The notes under the pieces are model-generated. The model was not told the origin of the DNA. It did not search any database and saw nothing but the letters and a program-made list of their open reading frames with translations. Shown piece after piece: positions 38,601-50,800 of a stretch of DNA of 64,000 nucleotides (its first letter is position 1; each line of letters begins with the position of its first letter). A program made the translations under genes and the position numbers. The stretch comes from Lingula anatina. Lineage: Eukaryota > Animalia > Brachiopoda. Where the stretch lies: contig CM120646.1 of NCBI GenBank assembly GCA_051362555.1, forward strand, positions 6,634,001 to 6,698,000, read 5' to 3'.

Positions 38601-40900
38601 AAAGGAATTATTTTGTTCGGTGATCCTAGTATAGATTTAGTCATATAAATTATTTGAACATGAAACAAGGCAGATTTGTAGTAATTGTAAATGTTATGCA
38701 GCAATACATTCTGATGCCGGTTTTTAAGGGCATTGTAAGCTTTTATTATCGACCAGATACCGGACATGAGGTTTTTCCTGCATCTGATTATTCAATAATA
38801 CATCTATCGTTGTGCTGAATAAAAACAATTAAAATCCCCTCGAAAATGTTGGCATTTGTATTTCTCGTTGCAATGTATAAGCACAAGAAACTCAAAACAA
38901 AATTTTGAGGTGAGATTGCAAACGGCATGGAGTGAACAAGGTTTTATCACAAAAATTGACATAGTTGACCACAAGTGTATGGGATACAATACTATGCCGT
39001 AATGGAGTTGTGAGCCCTAATTGCAGATTTTTATTAAATAAAGGCAAAGTTTTGCTTTACCAACGATAAAATCTGAACGAAAAATTTTAAGAAAGATCGC
39101 TGACAGGGTTCTGGAGTACTAAATAGTGTCATTAAATTGGCGTTAAAACGGTGTTTGTAAGTGCTCAGGTAAAGGAGAAATGTGAGAAACCGATTTTTCA
39201 ATTTTTACCTTAAAATCGCAATAATGACGTTGCACTTAAGATGGCATGCATTTTAATGTTAATTAATTAGGCAATGAACACTGAAGATTTATCTGTTATC
39301 CAAAATAATGTATGCAAAGCAGTAAATAAGGTGTTTTTGGCAAAGGCTATCACTATCCTTAATCAAGTAAACACACGTTGTAATGTCACAGAAATCTAAG
39401 AATCTCATTTACTTATTTACTTATTTATCTATTTATTTATTTATTTATTATTGTTCAAGAAGTGATGGATTCATGTATATACAGTAGGAGTATGTATTAG
39501 TATGTCATAACTTTGAAGCTGCAACAAGATGTGCAGATACATCTTATATTGTGACACTAATAAACACTATAACCTTAAGTTCGATTCAGTTACGGCGTCG
39601 GTAAATGAAGATCTAACTGTGCACACACTTTTAGCTGTGTGAAAATGGCGTAAAAATATGGCAGCATTGTAGACTGTTTTGTTGTTTTTGCATTGGGAGG
39701 TGAGATAATGATCAGTGCAGCCCGCAGACAGGGCAAGCGCCACGTCTGACTGTTGTGCAACAAATTATATAATGTAATTGCTATGTTTGATGTACGGGGC
39801 TGAGCATGCCCTGATGGAATGACAGCCTGTGGTCATCTTACTGCCCGTCATCTACTGGACCGTGTCCGAGAAGATTGTCCAGGGGCGGTTATGTTGCCCT
39901 GTAAGTGGTCACTATCAAAGAATAAGGTGGGTTGAGTGATTTTCGTCGCATGTCACGACACTTTAATGCCGTACCCTGTTTCAAACATGCAGAAATGCAA
40001 TAAACAAACAAATAGAAACATAGCAAATAAGAATATGAATTAAGAATAAACAATCAAATTAAATAAATGAGAAAAAATATATATGTGGATGACCGTTTGA
40101 AAATGTTATTTTCTTTAAAACGAAGTGCAAGCTACTAAGTCAGGATAATTGAGAATTCAACAAAGCAACTTTTACAGATCTGAAAACCAGTCCATGTCGC
40201 AACAATGAGTGAACTGCTATTGATTTTGCCGAGCGACACTGGTTGATCTTAATATCAATACCAAATTTTGTGACTGTTGGCAGCTCAGTGTAAAATTCTA
40301 TCCCATGTACAGTGTCTTCCAGATATTACTGACGAAATGATACTGATATAATGCAGTTGTGGGCGCTTTGTCGACTAACATGTCCCGGAGGTAGTTATCC
40401 GATTTTTGAGATAAAAATCGACGTCCTTGCTGGTAAATCAATGAGTTGTTTAAAATTTACTACGCCCTGCAGATAGAAACAAATAATTTAAGACTCAGTT
40501 CACAAAATAGCAAATAAGGGTATACAGGTGTGTGTGTGTGTGTGTGTGCGCGCACGCGCGCGCGCGCGTGTGTGTATTATTCTCAGTTCTCTTTGACAGT
40601 CAGCTTTCCGTAACTAATGTTTACTTACATGTAATACTAATTTTAATAAGTTTCTCTATTTGTTGGTATAAAACGATAATACATGAAGAAAATTATCCCT
40701 GGACTTTTGTTTGTAAATGTATAAGATCAGTACATGTTAAGTTTTGCCACTTAATGTTTTATTATATGAAAAGCAGTCGAGCCAAAATACATGCATTTTA
40801 ATTCTGTAAACGATCAGCTCTTTCTTCTGTCATTCTTATAAGGTCATTTCGTAGTCGATATTCATTCAATGAACTGGACTACCAACGCCACGATGTCGAA

Positions 40901-41093
40901 ACGTGGATACAGGAATCAATTAACACATACAATTTTAATGGGTGTAAAACGTCAAACGTAGGGCTGCATTTGTAGAAATAAATTGTCAAAATAATAAATA
41001 ATAAATCGTCACGTGGATACTGGAATCAATTAAAATACACAGCTATAATAGATGTGTACATCAACCACAGGGCTGTATTTATAGAAATAAACT
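40901..41093. repeat. Diverged tandem duplication, ~110-bp period x2
   Basis: acgtggatac.ggaatcaattaa ... agggctg.attt.tagaaataaa at 40901 and 41011. Confidence 0.8.
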
Positions 41094-44000
41094 ATTATTA
41101 TTGCACTGTAAAGTATATCGATCATTTCAATAAGACAGTTGCTTGTGCATATGATTAATTTGATAACATAGCCAACAGTGTGATTTTTTAAACCTCATTT
41201 TAATTTACATCAATATTAAAGCTAGTTTGACACTGCGTATGATAAAAAACGCCCTTTCTCTACCAAAACACTAAAACTGAATACAAGCAAGAGTCGTGAG
41301 AAACACACTTACAATGTTAATGTGAAAAACAAAATACATCTGCTATGATTATTTTGGTCACTATATTGTAAAAAGATACTCGAAATTTGACATTTAAAGC
41401 CATCAAGGGTAGAGAGTGTTTTCAGTGCCTCTACATCTACCTTAAGGGCTTCACATTATTGCAACGTTAGCCATTAATTATTGTAATTAGATATGTATTC
41501 AAAAACAATGAAATCCACTCGCCTTAAAATGACGTATTACCGTATTCCTAATAGACGCAGCTGCCTCCTCTTAAATAGATTTTTCATAGAAATCCTTAGT
41601 CTTGAAATGTAAGCACATACATGACGATGTCTTATTTATTTCTGCTTGTTGTTAATCGCATCATTGTACATTATACTGTAATTATTATATATTTTTTGTA
41701 AAATTTTAGGGTTTTAATAGCTGTGTCGAATAACAATTTAATGAGTAATAGACTATTATTTTATCATTTATTAGTCATTGATTTCTATGTGTAAATACAC
41801 TTTCAATTATCTATGATGAATTGTTGTGATTAAAACACTTATCTCAACCCGCTATTTATTTTAAAATTATTACCAAAACATAGTTTCAATAATGTTGTTT
41901 GATGTGCTAATCTTCTTCGGCAAGGTCAGACTAGGGCCACTGCGTGCTCGTGTAATTACGCACGCACATGCAAACGTAATATGTCTAAATTGTTTTTATA
42001 TTACTTGAAGGCGATTAGGAGAGCTACAAACGAAATGACTTGTTAATTACTCGTAAAACGTTTCCGTTTACAGCTATTTTTGGTATTTTATAATTTCATT
42101 TCATCTTATTTTTTTCATCGATTATATATACGTATTCCAATTTTCTATTCATTACTTTCTTTTGCTCTCATCGACGATGGATGCATTATTTGCGTGATAA
42201 ACTTCGCCTGAATATCGCCTATATAAAAACAGAGTTGAAACAAATGTGGAATACATTACAATAAGACCCACACTATGTTCGAACCCTAATTTTTACCTTA
42301 TTATATTTATATTGTTTGTGAAGTCGACAATTATTGTTTTTTTATATAATATTCCTCTTTCTAGCGCGCTCTCTCCCCTTCTTTTTCTCCCTCTATCTCT
42401 CTCCCCCTCCCTCTCTCTTTCTCATTCGCTCTTACTCTCGTGACATTGCGTGACTTGGACGATAACATCGCCCATCTGGTTATCAAAGCTGCCCCGCCCT
42501 TCTAATACATTGCATGTTTATCTTTGACATCAACCCCTCCCAGGCTTGTATCTGATTGCCTCTAGGGCGAGGAGGAACATGAAATTATAAACAATTGACA
42601 TATTTCAAACTTATTTAGGGTGTATCAAAAATAACGAAATGGCCATAAAACACTATATAGTATTATTTCTAATTCTAATGGAATCATGGATACATTGATT
42701 ATAATGTAGTATTATGCTGTATATGATTTTTTAGAACAGAGCATTTAGAGCAACATGAAGACCGGGCCACAGTTCTATGTGTGTGTGGTTACGGGATGAT
42801 ATCATTTTTAGTGTCACTGGTCATTTTCATTTTACCTAACTTACATTTATTTATCAATCATTTCTTGCTCACTCAAAATTATGACATGATCGAGTTGCGA
42901 GATTTTTAGTGGTCGTGAAAAAGTTTCTTTTTATTTCATTTTTGGTATCATTCAGTTAAAGTTCAGAATAAAGATATCTGGAGAACGACTGTTTAAAAGC
43001 AAAAATTGTACGAAAATAAAGCAAAGATACAGAAAGGGAAATACACTTTGTTTGCAAAGTGTAAGTCTACTTTTGTCATTTGTCGTTGTAAAGAATTGTC
43101 TCTTAGACGACCCAAAGCGTCACAAGGCACACGGACCTGTACCCTAAAATTTTGGACAGTTGCAAGTCCAAAGTTAGCATTTTACAGGCAAATCACCATT
43201 CCAAATCAATAGACGCAAGGTATTAATAATAGTAAAATAATCGTGCATCACACGATTACTGCAGGTGATTTTGAAACAAATAAAACATTGCTACGACCAA
43301 GAAAACCCCCTTTTTTTTCTTTTTCACACAAAATGTTATTTCTCACGCTTCTAGACACATTAACGAAAAACGAACGTGCCGAAAGCTGTCCCAATATGGG
43401 TTTTTTCTTTGTCAAAATAGTACATGCAAAAATTAGTTTAATCTTTCTTTGTGATATTGTGTTACCAGTGACCGGTGTATTTTACTGAATCGACTGAACG
43501 GCGTTTTCTCGTCGACTGTCAAAACGACGGATTTCACTTTGTTCTTAGACAAGTATCGGTAAGAATGAGTAATGGATTCTTGAACGTGCAAGACAACTGC
43601 GTTGTTTTTAACACTTAATTTTTTTTATCTGGTGTTACATCTAGAGACATCATGAATAAGACCAGATTCAGGGCGGGCAAGGTAAACAATTGGTTTATAT
43701 TACAATTGGGAGTGAGCACATGGTTGGAATACCCTTCTAGCCAATCCGTCTATAAGCTAGAGCTTGATGCGAAAACCCTGCTTAAGGACACTGCAACCAA
43801 CCGTTTGATTCCGAAAGTCAATGTTATGTCAAATTCTGGTATAAAACAAAACTGAACGCAGTGAGATGGACGTTTTCAATAAACGAAACAATGAAAAAAA
43901 ATATGTATATATAATTCCAAACAATGATTATATATCACATTCCCTCGTTTCATATACAAAAATAGCTAATAAAAATAATGCAATCATGGAAACTTGAACG

Positions 44001-44337
44001 TGCAAAAGTGTACTTTATGATGCATACCGTTATAACAGTGCATAATGGGCAATTATACATGTATATGTGATTATACAGATACCTGCAACCGGAACAATTT
44101 CAGTCTACAGATCTTTGATAGTCAACCGAAAATCAGTGGAAAGTAGAAATAACAGTATGCCGCTTTATAAAATTATGAGATGAGACGTTAAAATTGAATC
44201 ACTGTGTACATCTGAGATTGTTATAACAGAATCAAGCGCGTAAGTTATAAAATAATAATTACAGTAAAACGGCCTATCAATGGTTATAAGGAAGACGACG
44301 ACTAAAACTTTCAGGGCTTTCTAAACTGCTTTACCAC

Positions 44338-44339
<2 letters not shown>

Positions 44340-44368
<29 letters not shown>
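44340..44368. repeat. Poly-C homopolymer (G4-capable on the - strand)
   Basis: About 29 consecutive C. Confidence 0.85.
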
Positions 44369-44429
44369 GCCCTTCTATCCTCTGCACCCGACGTGTTCTA
44401 CATCCCAGCCTGTTACACAACGAAACGTC

Positions 44430-44740
44430 TATCCCATGAAGACAGCGCGGTGGGAAACGTACATTTTAATGAAGCAATTCTGATCGCTGTTATTTTGAAA
44501 TAGACGTCGATCTCCGGGATATTTTCGGGGACTTAAAGACAGCTCCCCGGCGTCCCGCGTGTGGAATGACAGTAGGGCGGCGTGGAGACATGATTAATGG
44601 CGTTGCTCCCAGCCCCCCGATCACGATCACCAACCTGAACGTTCACTCAAAGGAAAATAGAAGAATATCGCGCAAGGTGGTCCGCCATTGTTGTTTGCAA
44701 CAGGTGCAGACGACACTGGGAACGGAGGTGTCGTCTGTGG
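44430..44740. promoter_or_regulatory. CpG-rich candidate enhancer with Meis (TGACAG) and Pbx-Hox (TGATTAATGG) sites
   Basis: TGACAG at 44567-44572 and TGATTAATGG at 44591-44600, within a local GC/CpG island in an AT-rich background. Confidence 0.45.
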
Positions 44741-46080
44741 GATTTCTTAATTTTTTTTTTTTTTTCGTGTTATCGTGGGCAAAAGTAGGGGAGGGAAAAT
44801 GTTGGAACATATTTTGTTCTTTAATGTACGCGTTTTTTATTGTACCGTCATATAAATATTTTGGAAGATTGTATACAATATACTGCGCATGTAGAATTAG
44901 TTGGTTCATGTTATTATTATTATCATTATCATTATAGTTTTTTTTATTTCTTCACACTAGATGTGATGAATTGCGCTTTCTTCTAGTAAATTTATGCACA
45001 TACATTTACGAAAATAATCGGTCAAAAATGCTGCAAAAGATATTATCCTTACTGCTCTTTTTAATTTTAGTTATTACATGTTCACAGTTAATTCACTGAA
45101 CTATTTTGGTGTTTATATACAATGAAATCAGCCATGAGCATAAGCTCTTGTTGTGAAATTGTAAACTCTGTTGGGCAATATGATTTTTTTGATTTTTAAA
45201 CCACTTCTCTTCAAATTTCGGCGACATTTTTCGAGTCATTGGCCATTAGTAGAAAAGCTTAAAAGGATTTTGTTCTGTCTATGTATGGCAAATGCACCCT
45301 TGAAGCACATATAGTCGATAAATGTGTTTGATAAAGTAATTTGACTTTGTTCTGAAAATTGTTGTGCGTGATTATACAGTAGCAAAAAAAATCAATTGAA
45401 ACAAAACGTAAATAGATATGTAATGTTTCCACACAACTAACGCCAACGCGAATAACATCATTGACGACGAAACGCCTGCCTTGGCTGGCTGGTGCATAGG
45501 ATATCGCCATTTCTCAGTTCATCGCATATATATTTTAAAGTTTTTTAACGCAGTTTGCCTGATGTATTAATGTTACGAATGGGCTTTAAAGTCAGTGTTT
45601 TTAGCATATTTGCATATTTTAATTAACGCAATTCTTTGCATAGTTTCGGCTGGTCTGTTCGCATATTTAATATCATTTTAGTTTTTAGTGTGGCTAGTAA
45701 TTAGCGTTGTTCTCATTAAAAGGTTTTGGATTTTCCATTTAAAGGGGTCAACTATTTGTTTGAAAGCTTCAATCACAAAAGAAATCAATCAATTAGGTGA
45801 ATCAAGTCAGTCTCCGTCTCTCCTCCTCTCTCTCACTCACTGCACGTGCGCTTGTGACCCTATCCTTTTTATTAAACTACTTCTGTTTGAATAAACCGAA
45901 GTCTTGCGCAATCTTCCCCAATTAAAAAGACATTACCAGTTCATTTAACGTAGATTTTACCAGATTCGTGACAAACGTTTAATCCGACAGACTAGCTTGT
46001 CAATGCGTTGACGTAAAAGGACATTTGTATGGGGAATTGAAGAAGGATCTACATCTCAATTTAAGTCAGATATATAGCTA

Positions 46081-46184
46081 ACCGAGTGTCATTTCAGAGC
46101 AAATTATTCGGGAAACCTAAACTTTCTATGTCTGTAATCACAAATGTGCGTATCGACCTAAGCTGCTCTGAAATGACACTCGGT
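46081..46184. mobile_element. MITE-like element with perfect 21-bp terminal inverted repeats
   Basis: ACCGAGTGTCATTTCAGAGCA (46081-46101) and its exact reverse complement (46164-46184), separated by a 62-bp non-coding spacer. Confidence 0.65.
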
Positions 46185-47725
46185 ATTTCTATTTGAACAT
46201 AGGGGTACGAAACATCTGTTATTTTCGAAATTGTTTGATATTCACTTGTTGGGGCTTGTCGTTTTATTGTGATATTTTTCTTTAATTTAATTCCTTTTGT
46301 TAAGTTAATAAAGAAAATTACATTCTCTATAACTTACAATTTCACCCCCCAAAATACCAAAACCCAATGATTCAAATCATACTTCAGATGCACAAACAAA
46401 CCATTAACTTCTCCATTGGCAAACAGGTGTATTTTCCTCGGACGGATTTTTTTATGGAGACAGAGAGGGGGCGGGGGTAGGAGTTGTGCACGTCCACAGG
46501 GGACTATCTCATATTAAAATGCCTGAATACAAAGCATGGAACTGTAGCAATTCTCAAATCAGTTATGCATGTCTTGGTTGTAATTGCCCATTGGCATGTC
46601 AAGGTCTTGCTATTGATTTGATTCTATTCTTATATTTTGATATACCGGTGCATTGAAGATTGATTAACACACTTACGGTCATCAATTTATGGATATCCAA
46701 TCTTTTAAGCAAACATAAAAAGTGTAGAAGAATAATCAAATGCATGTGCATGCTTGTACTGTACCCGAAGACAACATAAGCGATAAAGAATTGCTTAAGG
46801 TACTTTATTCTAACATAGTAGATATTTTATTATCACATTTGGCACAGGCACTCTATACCATATTTCTAAATTGAAACGCATTAGAGATCTTGAAAACCAC
46901 ATCCCCCCCCCCCCCCCCCCCCCATCAAAGGAATGATACATAATGCCAAAGAAAATAATGGATTACATATACTATGCAATGATGACTGGTTTAATGTAGG
47001 TGGCGATGAGGCCAAGTGCAGACCGAAGCAGACAACGTTGTCATTTTTTTAAATGCAGATGACAGGGAGTGAAATGGTTGTTTACAAAAAGGTTGAAAAA
47101 CAAGAAGAAAAAAATCTTGTCTATCTTGCTTCAACGTTTAAACGTTTCCGATCTCGCGCACGATGACGTCATATGTTAAGGACGCAAACATTCAATATTT
47201 TCTTAAAAGTCGTCTCAACACGCTAAACAGACCACTTCTTGGCAGTTTTGTTTCATAAGATGTATTGGAATCCCACAACAGTATTCTGCATCACCTATAT
47301 TCTAGAATTTGATAAATCGCGTTTTATCTTAGCCTGTTCCGCTACACCAGTATTCAGTGTTTCTGTAGGCAAACGACATGTGAAACAGTTTTAATTAGAA
47401 TAAACGAATTTATAACAAGGTATACTATAATAAAATATAATCGTTTCTTAGGTGCTTTGTAAAATACGATTACATCAAATGCATATGTATGTATATTTGC
47501 ATATCCACGTAAGTATAATGGGTTTTAACAAGGCAATGCAATGTAGTTAACAATAAAATATTAGCATATGTTCGTGATAATGTTTTATACTTTAAAAATG
47601 TTCTGCCAAAGTGGCAAGCGCTTGTATATCAGTACAAATTAAGATAATATGCATTATAAACATAATCGATTATGCCGATATAAAACATAATTAAAGAAAT
47701 GAAACTTAAGATTTCATATGCACTA

Positions 47726-47744
47726 ATTATTATTATTATTATTA

Positions 47745-47800
<56 letters not shown>
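47726..47800. repeat. (ATT)n microsatellite
   Basis: Direct reading. Confidence 0.9.
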
Positions 47801-50800
47801 TTCTACTTAGTATACAAATCACTTCTTGTTGAAATAATCTAAAGGGAAATGATAATGATAAATTAATGTCGTCAAAATAATCTAATTTATCACCTACTGA
47901 CAAACCTTGAAACAGTCTTGAAGTCCGCGCAGCCGGAGAGTCTGGCTCATCTGGATAGCGGTTTTATTTGAGGTCTGAGGACTTTTTGATTTTCCCAGAT
48001 TGTTTCAGAGTTATGACCAGTGTCAGGGAAGGGGGATCAAGGGTTGATTAGTAGGAGAAAATTAGCGTTTACCCCAAGCAAATCCGCTAGGTATGAGTTA
48101 TTCGAGGGAGAATCTTACGCTGTGCAACTTTGATTAATGATAACAAAACAAAATTGTCACCGTGTCCCCTTCCCTAATCTGCCATTGTAACTTTTGGTAC
48201 ACGTTTTGTGTAGCTGTGTGGGAATTTACCCATGACGTCACGCAGCTGCTTTTTACGACACAACACCAATGAGATGTTCAAAAACTGGGTTTTGGGTTAA
48301 CATTTTATTGATTATACAATATAATCGTCGAGTGATGTCATCACAAGCCGACAACGGGCAGTGATAGCATACTGAGGTACAATACTGTGGTCGCCGTATC
48401 ACAGTTTTAACTGTAAATTAATATCAACCTGCACACACAACCTCTCGGAACATACGACTCTGAGCAATGCTTCAATGTCTCAATTAAGGCCAAGCTCGTG
48501 CTATTTCATTTCCTTCTTACAATATTAACACAAACGTAAGTGCCCGTTGATTGGAATAGAACAATTGCATGTTTCAGTGGGGTGATTCACCCATACATGA
48601 TCTATAAGAAATCAGATCTTTCGTGACACGACGAGAATTCTGAATGCCTTCCGGTAAGGGCGTCTTCATCTCTGAACGTCTTGCCGTTATCCTTAAAAAA
48701 GTTTATTTCCTTTTTGCAAAATGTGTTGCTAGACAACAGATCAAATGACTGCAGCTTGTATGTCTAGTCAAAATACTACCAGATTTGCGTTTTGAAATTG
48801 GCAAACTGGTTTGGAATATAGTTGGCCACAATATTTCTTTTTCACAAGTACGTATTGATAGTATGCCAATTATGCTCTTTGATATTTGAATGTTAAGGAT
48901 TGATCGAATGTCCATTTTCCAATTTTAAAAGGTCGTAGTAGTAGTAGATGTTCTCTCGGTTTAAACACTTCACAGAAGCGATGAGGAGTGAGTTTTTGTC
49001 GTTGTCTTGGTGACGCCAGGTTTCCAGACGTTATCGCACGCGCCGCATTCTCCCGCCTTTTTTATCAGCAACATGTGACAAGCCTGAAACGAGAGAACAA
49101 AATATAAATCAATATTACATTTGGAAAACGTAGATAACTGTTCTGCTGAGTTTACCAGTCTGACAAGCCGATACAAAAATGTCCGCCATTTCGTGATCTG
49201 TTGGCTGGAACATGTATTGAACTTGTAATGGGAAGTTGGAACTATCCTGGGTATTGCAGTCCTTTCAGAGAAGCTGAAAGAGCATAACGGATGACACGTA
49301 AAATAACGAGTGTAAAATTGCAACCACAGATATGCCTAGCCTGTTATTTTGTGATTTATGTGAATGTCCGTAATTACCCATGCACAAATTCGTTTCCATC
49401 AATGATAGTAGTTCGCGAATGCTCCATCACGCCAAGTGTGAAGACGAGATAAATGGGTTAAAATGTACACGACATGCTCTGCTGGGTTATTATTACATGT
49501 CCACCGTGTTATTTGAGCACTGCAGCTTTTATATCAGCAAAATACACAAAACCGACAGTGTTTCTTGCTTTATTGCTTCCTTTGTCCGTCTGTCAGTTCC
49601 ATTCTAAGGATAACCATAGTGTCTGTGTCAGTAGCAAGCAAATAGACGATTCCTTTGAATCATGATATAAAAATTCCATCTGTAGCGTTTTGCAGTTATT
49701 CCGTTACATATTTTGTCAATACAATTCGTTTATTATGTAACTTTTGCATGTAGAGTCCTTTGAGCTCGATGAGAATTATGTGGTTTACGGGCCAATGTAA
49801 TGTTAATGTACATTTTTTTTTTATAAAATTAGGTTCACTTTACCACGAAAGATACGAGAGGCGACATTTGATGTTCAGAAGTTCTGATTCAATGTTAGCA
49901 CCTAACTTTAATACAGCAATCATTATTATACATTAAAGTTGTATCTAATTTTACATTCATCTACCGTTATTTGGTTTCTGTTAATACCAGATCAATGGAA
50001 CCCATTGTATTTTCACGTCGTAAGCTGGGTGTATTTACAACATACTATTAGGTAACATATTTTCCCAACCCCTTTTTGCATGTATACATGCAATGAACAC
50101 AACCTACCACGTGATAAAACTACCTTTTGAAATGTACAAACCAATATATTTCCAGCCATATGTTTCTCGGTTTATTGCGTCTCGTGATATCTATAGTAAG
50201 AGGCGTTTTCTGACTTATCTTTTCTATGTCACAGCAATTTAAACCCGCTCCCCTGCTCCCTTAAAATACCATCAGAGCAGGAAAGTTTCACAAACCCATT
50301 GGACCATTATTTTAAAGATTATAAATTCCCCGGGGAAGGCATCTCCCCAGGTTCCAACGTCCCTCTTGCCCTTCAGAAAGTCAATGGTGGAAAGTCTTGT
50401 AATGAATTGGAAATACACAGCCATGCTTATGCAGGTTCCTGGCCTATCAGATTCCTTCATCTATCGACAAAAGTTAAAAAAAGGGTTTACGATTAACAGG
50501 TTTTAGAGGCAAATTGATCTTGGTAGCTGTAGAAATGGGAAGAGAAGGCCGTATTGGGTAACAGTGGCAATTCTTAGATAATGACTCGATCTCTGGTTGT
50601 AGCTCCTATTTTCCTTGGAGAAGAATAAATAATTATTTGGGAATCCAATTTCACTGTGAGCAAAAGTTGTCGAATGATTGCACCGCCTACGTAGAGAAGA
50701 GAGCAGCCTGTTTAAGGTTAGGCGTCTATTGCGTAGCGTTTATTCCAAAGCAAAATCATTAATGGTTTTCAAACAAAGTTTTCCGACATCCTATTGTGGT

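Noticed and set aside
38570-39212. Possible TTAA-flanked (Kolobok-like) transposon relic; similar hint at ~16041
   Set aside because: Could not identify matching termini, so support is insufficient.
50272-50496. 65-aa ORF MDHYFKDYKFPG...
   Set aside because: TTG start, no Hox2 or other motif and no splice support.
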